From the NCBI GenBank assembly GCA_951406725.2, contig OX597817.1, positions 23,870,001-23,934,000 of the forward strand: 64,000 nucleotides of DNA. The letters are read 5' to 3'. The notes below the pieces were generated by a model, which was given only the letters and a program-made list of their open reading frames with translations, ran no database searches and was not told where the DNA came from. Shown here piece by piece: positions 43,906-55,186 of this stretch. Numbering within the stretch: the first letter of the stretch is position 1; each line of letters starts with the position of its first letter. The DNA is from Octopus vulgaris. Taxonomy: Eukaryota. Made by a program: the position numbers and the translations under genes.

Positions 43906-44528
43906 GGGGCAGGCCTGGATTTGAGATAAAAAAAAGCTTGCTTCCCAACCTGATGGTTCTAGCTTCAGTCCCACTGCGTGGCACCTCGGGGAAATATATC
44001 CTACTATAGCCTCGCGCCGACCAATCTTATGAATGGATTTAATAGAAGCCCGACATGTGTCTATGTGTGTTTGTGTGTGTGCGTGTGTGTGACTTTGTTT
44101 CTGTGTTTGTCCGGTACCAGCGTTTGACAAGTGGTACTGGTGTATTTATGTCCCCATAAAGTACCAGTGCCGCAAAATATACCGAATGAATAAGTACCAG
44201 CCTTAATTAAGCACTGAGGTCAATTCAACCGACTAAAACTTCAACGCGGTGCCCCAGCATGGTCGCAGTCTAGTGATTGAAACAGGTAAAAGATAAAAAA
44301 AATACATATACAGATATATATTCTATCTGTATCAGTCATTTGATAGTGGCCATACTGGAGCACCGCCTTTAGACGAATAAATTTACACCAAGACATGTTC
44401 TTTGTAAGCCTAGTACTTATTCTAAGGATCATTTTTGCCGAACCGGTAATTTAAGGTGCCACGCAGTGGGACTGAGCCCAGAACCATGTGACTGGTAAGC
44501 TAGCTTCTTCTTACCACACAGCCACGCC
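43906..44528. mobile_element. Two diverged SINE A copies tail-to-tail (43906-44293 plus; 44325-44528 minus, deleted)
   Basis: gcttcagtcccactgcgtggcacc... and cagcatggtcgcagtc, with the inverted catactggagcaccgcc. Confidence 0.75.
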
Positions 44529-44574
44529 TATATATATATATGTGTGTAAAGAAATATATATATATATATGTGTG

Positions 44575-44658
<84 letters not shown>

Positions 44659-44659
<1 letters not shown>

Positions 44660-44785
44660 TTTATTTAAAGCAGCAGAAAATTCAACAAAACCTGTTACTC
44701 TGAGTTTCACGTTCCCGTTCGTCGGGAACGGGAACGTGAAACTCAGAGTAACAGGTTTTGTTGAATTTTCTGCCTTTAAATAAAG
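44659..44785. repeat. Near-perfect ~125-bp foldback of the same HHR-bearing repeat family as at 31156
   Basis: ctttatttaaagcagcagaaaattcaacaaaacctgttactctgagtttcacgttcccgttc mirrored after a ~5-nt loop. Confidence 0.9.
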
Positions 44786-44854
44786 CATATTACTCTACCA
44801 CTGGTATTTGAGTACTCTTTTTTCCACCTTGTTTCACATTTATGTGTTTACTCC

Positions 44855-44903
<49 letters not shown>

Positions 44904-45020
44904 TTATTTTATAGAAGGAGCTTCTACAGGACTAGAACTGTTTCATTCAAAAGAAATCATCACTCTGCTATGTATTGAGTACCTTATTTACTGTGGTTAA
45001 CCCCGACTCAACCCGGGACC

Positions 45021-45061
<41 letters not shown>

Positions 45062-45067
<6 letters not shown>

Positions 45068-45950
45068 GTACCCACCTTACCATGGTTGTCTGTTCGAACG
45101 GACTCTACTGCGACTTCTTAACCCCGAGAGGACATCGCCTATAGCTGTCTAACGATGCGCAGTTGCACCCGATAAATTGCGCGCAGGGGAGCGGGCCCCT
45201 ATGACGTTCTAGTGACAGGATCAGCATACCAGTTCTGGTTTCGGGCTATTTCTGCCACTCTTCAGTACTGGACACCTCCACTACTAAAGATGTCAGTAAG
45301 CGAACACACAGTCGCTGATTTTGCAACGTGCAAAAATGCTAGTTCTAAAATCTTTCTGAAAGATCGACGCAGTAGTTATACTGACAAGTAATATTCGTAG
45401 CCACTTTAACATGGCTGTAAATTAAGAAAGACTATACGGCGATGTTTTAACCCCAAGGGGATATCTCCTCTAGCTGGTTAACAATGCACAGCTGCATCCA
45501 ATAAATTGCGAGCAGGGGAGCGAACCCCTACCACATTCTAGCAACGTGATCAGCATACCAGTTCTGGTTTCCAGCTATTTCTTCCACTCCTCCGTACAGC
45601 ACACCTCGTCTGCTCGCAATATATATATATATTTCAAGGTAACACACTGTCACTGATTTTCGCAACAAGCAAAAATACGACTGTCCGTTCGAACGGACAA
45701 TACTTCAGTACTAAGGAGTGGCGGAAATAGCCCGAAACCAGAACTAGTATGCTGGTCCCATCGCTAGAAAGTGGTTGGAGTTCGCTCCCCTGCTGTGCAT
45801 CGTTAACAAGCTAGAGATGCTCTGTTGAGGTTTAAACTTCGCAGCAGAGTGCGTTCAAACGGACAGCCATGTTGAAGTGGCTACGAATACTACATGTCAG
45901 TACGACTTCTGTGTTGATCGCTTAAAGAAATATTAGAACTAGTATTTTTC
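45062..45950. mobile_element. Retrozyme-like repeat: two tandem ~329-bp units (HHR on minus) plus an inverted third copy (HHR on plus)
   Basis: atattcgta anchors at 45062 and 45391. HHRs at 45222-45270 (minus), 45551-45599 (minus) and 45706-45754 (plus). Confidence 0.75.
45222..45270 (-). ncRNA. Type I hammerhead ribozyme, intact core
   Basis: cagta-CUGAAGA-g(t)ggc agaaata gccc-GAAA-ccag aa ctgg-UA-tgctg. Confidence 0.85.
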
Positions 45951-46252
45951 CTTATATATTTCATATATTGCTTATATATTTCTCTAAGTGATCAACGCAG
46001 ACGTTGTACTGACAACTCCCCTTCCCCTCTATTCTTCTTATTCTCTTTTTCTCAACATCCAATCCTCCTTATTTCCTTCCCTTACAAGAGGAATGAACCC
46101 AACAGGAATCTACCCAGTATTCATATATATATATATATATATATATATTCTTCCACCTTTCTACTTCCGGTCTGTCAAAATGTGACCTCGTGAGTACCGT
46201 TGGCGATTTTTTTTCCTCTGTCTTCCCTTCTCGGGATCTTTTCTTCTCCTAT

Positions 46253-46287
46253 GTTTCCGACGAACAGCTCCGCTCGAAACGTTGAAC
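46253..46287 (+). ncRNA. Minimal hammerhead motif (C4 variant, weakened stem II), same repeat family as 36191
   Basis: gttt-CCGACGA-a-cagc tcc gctc-GAAA-cg-UU-gaac; downstream tail matches 35930-36020. Confidence 0.55.
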
Positions 46288-46502
46288 CCTCCTTCTTCCC
46301 TTCTTTCCTGAGCGTCCAATAATACTATATTTATTCCACGCCCTCGCGTTGTTGTGGTTTTTTGGGGGGGGGGGGGGTTGGGGGGGTTTGTGTTTTGTTG
46401 TTTGGATTAACTATATATATATATATATATATGTGAATTTTTTGCACTATGAGATGAAAAAAAAACAAGTCTGTGTAGATATAACCTTTATATAGATAGA
46501 AG

Positions 46503-46554
46503 GTCTTACAGCTGTTTCCAGGATATTTATTAATTATATCCCTTCATCGGAGAC
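46503..46554 (-). ncRNA. Minimal hammerhead motif (C4 variant)
   Basis: gtct-CCGAUGA-ag ggatat..atatcc tg-GAAA-cagctg-UA-agac; homologue at 59454-59508. Confidence 0.7.
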
Positions 46555-46621
46555 GGTGTGAGTGGATATATATATTAGTTAGGAGATATATATATATATA
46601 TATATATACTAACTAATTTAA

Positions 46622-46680
46622 TCCTAAATAACACCTATGATTTTCATCCAATGTAATTATTTGTATATTACACCCTCATG
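46622..46680 (-). mobile_element. Possible GIY-YIG fragment (Penelope-like)
   Basis: EGVIYKIITLDENHRCYLG, upstream of and on the same strand as the HHR at 46503. Confidence 0.4.
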
Positions 46681-47305
46681 ATAAGCTACATCCGTCTTTC
46701 TACCATTTCTCTCGCATAAACTTTTAGAAATATAATACATATATTTTTGTCAGGTGAATTTGATGTTTTAGCACCATTTTGACGCTCAATATTAGCTAAA
46801 TTTTAAACGATAAATTTCTAATCACATGAGCTCTGTATCCTTCATGGTCGTTTGTTTGCATTTGAGAATTCCTAAACATAGTCCTCAAATAAGTCCAAAC
46901 TAAAAATATACTTATTTTTCCTGAGGAGATCTAACAATATACCGCTTATTACATCGATAAAACTGGCAATTATTGATGATTCAAAAATATTGTTATATTG
47001 ATATTTTTGGATATTAGATATTTTGGGGTTCTTTTGTTGATGCGATTCCTTTTATACTTGTTCTTATAAGTATATCTTTTAATCTTTTAATTTGCATTAC
47101 TTTTCCATTTCTAATACATATAAAACGAACCAGATATCTTCTTAATTTTTCTTCCCCATTTTCTTTTATTGACTTTTTAATTTTATGAGATTATTTATAC
47201 ATATATATCGGGGAACCTTCTATCAGTATATTTGGTTCAACCTAGTCGGCATCCGGATTGGTTTTAAACAATCCTTTACGGGGACATTGCTTCCTCAAAT
47301 TCTGA

Positions 47306-47373
<68 letters not shown>

Positions 47374-47527
47374 GCTGCTTTCTTTCAAGGATAATCTGGA
47401 ACTCGACTGAGGAAAGAAATCTCCGAATGACCCGTCCTTGTTTTCTTTGTATCGTCTATCTGGATGTTTTGTTGTCCCTTTTTTGTATCACCTAACTGTC
47501 TGGATGTTTTGTGTTCTTGTTCCATTT

Positions 47528-47597
<70 letters not shown>

Positions 47598-47620
47598 TAT
47601 GTATGTATGTATGTATGTAT

Positions 47621-47664
<44 letters not shown>

Positions 47665-47736
47665 AGTAAAAATAATTACAGACATGGACAAGAACATGAA
47701 ACACCACAGAGACGACACAAGAACCACAGGACGGGA

Positions 47737-47880
47737 CATTCGAAGCCCTCAGTCATCAGTCAAGAACCGGATCATCTTAACAATTTCGGCTGATTAATCT
47801 TGAGATTGCTCCGATTTGGGCAGCCCGCCAAGGAAATCTAAGCCAAGCGCATTAGATCCCCTGGAAGAAAGCTTCGAATG
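47737..47880 (-). ncRNA. Permuted (pseudoknotted) hammerhead-like ribozyme, copy 2, all core nucleotides intact
   Basis: ggctg...agcaa-UC-tcaaga...cagcc-GAAA-ttgtt...tcttga-CUGAUGA; closing stem cattcgaagctttc/gagggcttcgaatg. Confidence 0.7.
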
Positions 47881-48246
47881 TATACAACACGAGGACGGAA
47901 AACGAACGAAGTACACGAACAAAAATACAGAATACGTGACACCAATAAGAATACAAAAACGTAAAAACAATAACGGTAAAAATAAAAAACAAAACAAAAC
48001 CAGGACGTAGGACAAGGGTCTTTCGACAGGACGAGTTGAGTTTAGGGCTGGCTTATGAAGTTGTGCCTAATGGCCGCAGGGAGACGAACAAATACGTGTT
48101 GCTTCGGCGACTGCTGGAACGAAAAGAGCGCTCAGCAGTGGCTAGCGGTCACGTGAGAACAAAAGACAGGAGAAAGGGACAGATGAAAAGAGAGAGAAGG
48201 TGGACGAGGGAGGAGAAAAAAGAGACAGATCGAGGGGACTGGAGGT

Positions 48247-48285
<39 letters not shown>

Positions 48286-48334
48286 GCATGTATGTTATAT
48301 ATACATGCATGTATGTTATGTATACGTGTGTTTA

Positions 48335-48620
48335 ACGGCCTAGCTCTCTGTCGGTTTGACGACGTATGTTTCCGTTGACACGATCAACGGAGAGGCCTCC
48401 TCATGAAACTAACATGCAAGTGGCTGAGTACTCCACAGACAGACGTACCCTTAACGTATTTCTCTGAGAGGTTCAGCATGACATGTACAACGCATTTTTG
48501 TCATCTGAGTGATCTAAGGCAACGAGAAATAAAGTGTCTTGACCAAGAACACAGTGCGCGGCCGGGAATTGATCGCCCGACTTTACGATCGTGAGCTGAA
48601 TAGCCTAGCTACTAAGCTAT
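48335..48620 (-). mobile_element. SINE family C-related, diverged
   Basis: gcaacgagaaataaagtgtcttgaccaagaacac...gggaattga matches the 32440-32500 region. Confidence 0.65.
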
Positions 48621-48630
48621 GAGACTTCTC

Positions 48631-48723
<93 letters not shown>

Positions 48724-50419
48724 AATGTATTAAAGCCGGAAGTGTCAGACATTATAAGGATATTTCGACTACGCTTCCAGCAGTTTACGGTTATCTCAGT
48801 ATGTATGTATACAATTGTGTGTGTTGACTGCAGCATCAGAAAGATTTAGCTCTTATTTCTAGCATTGTAGGCGTTCTAACACCCTCAGTCACATTTAATG
48901 ACAATTAAAGTTTTCCTTTTTGGTAACACATTGCTAAACCGCCGCCTAATTTAATTATATATATGAGAGAGAGGGGGAAGAAATAAAGAAAAAGAAAGAG
49001 GTGAGCTGGTAGAAAACTACAGGCAGTCACTCTAAATTTTCTAATCAAACTAACACATTGTTTACTGGTCACAAAATCTGCCTTGAGATAGAGTTAGATT
49101 GATACCATATAACAAAACCAGGTCACACCACCAGTAAAGTATTTCTAAGAAGACCTACATTGAGAAATTGAGATTTTCTAATTAAAGCTTTGAGAAAAAG
49201 TAAATTTGCTGTAAGTCATTTTCTGGAAAGTAAAATATGACTGTGTGCGAGTTTTAATTTAATTTATATGTATACATCTGTATGTGTCTCTCAATCAAGT
49301 GTTATGGATCACTCATATATAAACTCATACACGCGGTGTCACATAGAAACATACACACGCGTGTATACACAATCATACGCTCAGTCACTCTCTCTCTATC
49401 TCTCCCCCCCCCACTGCATATATATATATATACATAGTGTGTATAAAGAAAATGGATCTCGGTCCATTTCCAGAATAAGCTTCCCCGTTGTTCCATCTAT
49501 TGTTTTGATTAACCATTAAGTTTATGGTGAATGCAATTGATTGTTATGAGGACATTTTGTCCGCGTAATGTAACCTCTGGGCAGAATCTGTGCGACTCAA
49601 CGTTAGCCATTTGAACTCCAAATAAAATCTATGTGACATGCTTCCACAACGCTTTTGTCAACCCCATAGCATTACACATACACATACGCACACATACATT
49701 CATACATATACATTCATACATATATATGTAGACACACACGCGCGAGGACGCACACACATAAAAACATACTCATACACGCAGATGCACGCATGTATATATA
49801 TATGTATGATAAATTAGATACATACACTCATATCTACTTGTTTGTGTGTATATATGTACGCAGTCGTACATACATGCTTTCCACCACGACTTCAACATTA
49901 TCGATCGCAAATTCGTCATCGTCTGCTACAATTTCCTTATTGTGTCACTCTTGATTATGTTGTCGTCTGTCTCGATTTCGTCATGATTTCGTCATCGTCA
50001 ACTTAAATGTCACCTATGCAGGATGAAAAGATTTTTCCTTTTTACTTATAATGCAGACGTTGATATCAGTGGTTATTTAACGCAGAATTGTAAAGAAATG
50101 TAACCATTAATGAGTTTTTGTATAAGATAAATTGCGAAGCATTACATTAGCGTACATATCTCTATATTTTGTACACTAGAGATAAAAACGACACATTATA
50201 TCATTTATATTACATATGCAACAAGACAAAGACAAATTTTTTTAAAAAAGCATAATAGTTTAAACATTTATTCATTGCTTCTATTTCTTAAGTCTCTTAA
50301 CATATTCCTAAATTATTCAGCAAAATTATTTTCTTTTATCAAAACCAGCAACCTGATATTGATCAATATATCTACATAAATATATCGACAACAAAATTCA
50401 AGATAGGGAACACAAATAG

Positions 50420-51410
50420 TGAGTAGTATTCCACAGGGGACTGTCTTGGGGCTACTACTTTTCATAATAGCTCTCTCATATATGCACTAATCCACAGACA
50501 GAGACACCTGCACAAGATCCGCAGATGACACAAAAGTTTCACAGATAATACAAAACCCTGAATAGGGCATGCACCTGCAACAAGGGTTAGATGCAATATG
50601 CAAGTGGGCTGACAACAGTAATATGCAGTTTAATGCTAGAAAGTTCTCAGCCTTACGCTATCAGCTGACAAATTAAAAGGAATGCAGACAAAACATACTG
50701 GACCTGGAAGGATCATAGTTCCAGAATCACAAGCAATACCTGACCTGTGCATTGACATGAGTAGTTATGCCTCCTTCCATATGCATATTACAAAGTTGGT
50801 GATGGAATTGTAAGTGGTTGAAAAGGGTGGATTCTTAGAAGTTTCAGAACAAGGGAGTAGGAAGCAATAATGGTCTTCTGGAGGACAGTTGTTCTAAGCT
50901 GTCTTGACTATTGCTTTCAGTTATGGCCACTACAGCTTGAAATTAATAGAGGAGCCTGAAATAGTCCAGCGAAGCTACACGAATGATGTACTCTCAAAGC
51001 AGCGAATTAGCTACTGCGGAAAGACTCTAGAGATTACGACTTTGCTGCCTGGAATAAAATGGGAAAGATGTGCTGCAATATACAACAGGAAGATGCTGAT
51101 AGGACTTGTCCCAAACTTTGGGATGGAAACGCCAGGGTAGGCCGCCTTTGCATGGTGCCTAAAATCCCTCCCCTACAGTCAAAATACAGGAACAGATAAT
51201 GCAATGGCTTAGGATTCAAGGACCCACATCACTTCAATATCTTCTTGAATGAGCTGAGAGACCAGCATGGCGTGGTTGTGGATGTCTTCCAAGCTAAACT
51301 AGATCTCCTACTGTCAAGAATCCTTCAAGATTGATCCAAATTTACGTTAAGAAATGCGAATGAGGACAGCAGCTTCAAACTATCTCATTCACCAAATGCT
51401 CTCTATTAAA
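50420..51410 (+). mobile_element. CR1-group LINE 3' half (RT pseudogene)
   Basis: SSIPQGTVLGLLLFII...SADDTKV...LQQGLDAICKWADNSNMQFNARKF...FQAKLDLLLSRI; multiple stops. Confidence 0.85.
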
Positions 51411-51774
51411 AGACGATAAATGAAGGCATGGCAACACCAGTTGGTGGTACTCCAGCATGGCCGCAGCCATTGAGCAGAGATTAACGAAAGGATAAAAGGT
51501 AATAGACAATGACATAATCGTGACAGACGACAATAAAACTGAGGTTGATGATGCAAAATTTGAGGTTAACGTTGACATTCATGGGTGATAATATCGATAT
51601 GAAGGCGAATGTATCCATACATACTGCACATGCATGTGAGTATATATATATATATATATATATATATTTAAAAAAGGAGATGTGGAACACGAGTTGTGAT
51701 ATATAAAAAAGGAAGTGAAGAAAATGCTGACAAAATAATTTAAGTAATTTAAGTAATTTAATTAGGTGAAGTTC

Positions 51775-51811
51775 TTTTTACCGGTTGCGCATTTGTTATG
51801 CTTATCAAAAG
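51775..51811 (-). ncRNA. Minimal hammerhead motif, U3-A8 variant (A13 mutated)
   Basis: ctt-UUGAUAA-gcat aacaa atgc-GCAA-ccgg-UA-aaaag; flanking tail resembles 54640-54700. Confidence 0.5.
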
Positions 51812-52029
51812 TTTTTTCCTCTTATGTGTATATATATGTGTGTGTGTGTGTGTATTAATGATAATAATATGACAACAAAAGAATGAATGAGACCTCGATA
51901 TTATTTAAATAGAGGACTTTATCTATAAACATAATATGTGACAATTAGTTGGTTGACATAATAAAACTCAGACTTTCGGATGCCGGGGCTGAAGTCTGCT
52001 CCGGCTTCTCATCAATGGAAAATTTAGCT

Positions 52030-52412
52030 TCCAATGCTGTGCCAAAACTGTTTTCAGCTGACTAAAAAGACACTTGGATTTCACTTGCACAAAATCTTTT
52101 TGATTGTGTCGAGAACGAAGAAAACCTCTTTGAAAACTTTGCGTAGGCCTATGAGCAGGTATCGCCAAGCTTTTGGCATAATTTGACGCCGATTCTCCGC
52201 TCAACTTTCTTTGTCGTGGTCAATGCGACGAACATACGCTACACACGTTACTTCCAAGTACTGCTGTAAACAGCAGAAGTAAGCTAGAACGTTAAAGCTT
52301 AGGCACCTTTGCAAATGCTTTCAAGGTCAACTCGTGCCAAGTGGTTTTACTCTGGGTGCTTTAGCTTCATTACTATGGCGACAGTCCGGATACTTATTGA
52401 TCAGACCATGTA
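52030..52412 (-). mobile_element. Mariner-like element 5' part
   Basis: TA plus TIR-like catggtctgatcaataagtatccggactgt; homologous to the 57406-57830 copy. Confidence 0.7.
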
Positions 52413-52776
52413 TACTGAAGATACTACTACTGTGTTTGTTAATTTAACAAGTATATCCCTCCATCGACCATAAACATAACGCATAAATATCAATTTATTA
52501 AGCAAATGTGCATGCTCCCTTCAGGGCATACCAACGAATAAACATTGAAGTGGTATGTGTGAAGTATCTTTGAAAAGTCATTACTCAGATCATAAATCCT
52601 CGTTTATATGCGTTAAGAGGAAAGTCACTGCTTTATCCTGTTACATACGGCAATTAAAAGAAAATTACAGTAAATTTGAAATATCTTAATCGATTTTCAT
52701 AATAAGTAATAAATACGCCGACGGAAAATCTCAAAATAAACTTTGTAACCAGGGCATCCTTTAAATCCTATCTAGG

Positions 52777-53121
52777 CTTACGAACCACATGGTTCCGGGT
52801 TCAGTCCCACTGCGTGGCACCTTGGGCAAGTGTCTTTTACTATAGCCTCGGGTCGACCAAAGCCTTGTAAGTGGATTTGGTAGACGGAAACTGAAAGAAA
52901 CCCGCCGTATATATATATGTGTGTGTGTCTGTGTTTGTTCTCCCAACAACGTTCGACAACCGATGCTGGTGTGTTTACGTCCCCGTCGCTTAGCGGTTCG
53001 ACAAAGAGACCGATAAAATAAGTACTAGGCTTACAAAGAATAAGTCCTGGGATCGACTTGCTCGACTAATCGTGGTGCTCCATCACGGCCACAATCAAAT
53101 GACTGAAACATGTAAAAGAGT
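52777..53121 (+). mobile_element. SINE family A, 5'-truncated
   Basis: Match to the family A body and tail. Confidence 0.9.
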
Positions 53122-53467
53122 AATACCACTAAACATTCTGCATAGAAAATAAAACCATTGTAAAAAGTACGTGTGAACCAATGTAATAAGTAAGTAATAA
53201 GTAAATTTTGACTGTGTAATTTCAACAAAGTACCTGAGAAGGATTCATACGCCGGATATAAGTAGCCGTGAAACCGGAAGCTTATCAACTACAATTCCGG
53301 ATATAACCAACTGGAAGTCCGCAGCACGTTGTCCCATTAGCGTTGTATTATCCGACTATACCGGAATTATTTCTACCAAACATCTCCGCCAGAAGAATGC
53401 CTTCGGCCATTAAATTTTAAGCAGCGTGATATACATACATGCATACATACATACATGCATACATTCA

Positions 53468-53509
<42 letters not shown>

Positions 53510-54009
53510 CATATATGTATGTATATGTATATATGTATGTATATATATATATGTATGTGTATATTTATATACATATATATATATATGTGTGTGTGTGTAT
53601 ATATATATATTTATTTATATATATACGCCTGTATGTATGTAAGTATGTTTTGGAATGAATGTATCTATGTGCAGTTTTATGTGTGTGTACGCGTGTAAAA
53701 TAAACATACTGTGTGTGTATGTTGTAATTTATCCGACCTATTGTAAGCAAAGTAATGTTTGATGTTGAGAGCACTCTCGGATATATATTTCATATTATTT
53801 TTTTCTCTCTCTTTCACTCTTCATCACACCTATTGTTGTAACTAGATACTTGTAAGTGGGTTGATGTGTGTGTGTAGTGACAGCGTATGTAAATTGTATT
53901 GTTTCAGCATATGCAGTGTGTGTGTGCGTGCGTGCTTGTCAGTGTTGTAGCTAGGATAATAAAATCGTATATACATATAAATATAAGCATGCACATATAT
54001 GTATAAACT

Positions 54010-54311
54010 TCTCTACTCTAGGCTTAAGGCCCGAGAATGGCAAAGTCGACCTCGGCAGAATTTAAACTCAGAACGTAAAGAGAGACAAAATACCTATATA
54101 AGGGGATAAACACAGAGTGGACAAACACGGACAGACAAATGGATTAAGTCGATTTTTCGACCCCAGTGCGTAACTGGTACTTATTTAATCGACCCCGAAA
54201 GGATGAAAGGCAAAGTCGACCTCAGCGGAATTTGATGTCAGAACATAGCGGCAGGCGAAATACTGCTAAGCATTTCGCTCGGCGTGCTAACATTTCTGCC
54301 AGCTCACTGCC
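54010..54311 (-). mobile_element. SINE family B (partial dimer)
   Basis: Family B head and body plus a second deleted unit with the ctactctaggc tail. Confidence 0.85.
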
Positions 54312-54317
54312 TTTATA

Positions 54318-54375
<58 letters not shown>

Positions 54376-54464
54376 CAACAATTGAGGGTAAAATTAATTA
54401 GCTATTAATCAATTTCACCAAGTATTCAGTATGTAAAGGGACCATTTAAGGCGAATTCAAAATA

Positions 54465-54546
54465 TTACATTGTATAAAAGGGCTTAGTAAAATAAATTTA
54501 TTTATTTTAAGTAATTTATTTTACTAAGCCCTTTTATACAATGTAA
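54465..54546. repeat. Perfect 34-bp inverted repeat
   Basis: ttacattgtataaaagggcttagtaaaataaatt / aatttattttactaagcccttttatacaatgtaa. Confidence 0.9.
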
Positions 54547-54551
54547 AGTTT

Positions 54552-54628
<77 letters not shown>

Positions 54629-54654
54629 AAGGGTGGAAAGGAACACACGAGTTG

Positions 54655-55151
54655 ATATATATGAAAAAACAAGTCAAAAATAGAAAATGCTAAGATGATT
54701 TTATAGTGGATCTTTCAGTACCGGTTTCGGTCATTTTGAGACCTTTTCAACTGTAATGATTAAATAATTAAATTTAGAAAAATTAGAAGAAAAGTTTTTT
54801 AAAAGAATATTTCTGTAGTAGTGTTCAGATATAAGTAGCATTCTGCCTTTCTCTGACTCCCTTGTTTGCACTTGTGTGTTCGAGGTCGTTTTGAGTTCTT
54901 GGTGGGATAAGTGAAGAATAATGAGGCTGATGTGGAGAGGGGTGGGGAAATCTGGGAATGCCTTAATGGTCGTATTTTGAATGGTCAGTGGCTGACAGTG
55001 GCTGACAGTAGTCGCAGTTCAATTCAGGAATTGTTTATGGAATTTGCGTAGGTGTTATACTGAAAGACATTAGTGACAAGGTTAAGGGGTGGAAGGTAGA
55101 GAAGTAGAAGAAGAAGAAGAAGAAGAAGATGTTGATGATGATGATGATGAA

Positions 55152-55186
<35 letters not shown>

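Noticed and set aside
44925-44970. HHR-like GUGAUGA...GAAAC on the minus strand (similar weak hits near 35095-35125 and 58715-58785)
   Set aside because: Core mutated and stems I/III do not pair convincingly.
51960-52020. UUGAUGA-long stem II-GAAA on the minus strand
   Set aside because: Unpaired 3-8 positions, broken stem III and no stem I; kept only as context for the 60620 palindrome.
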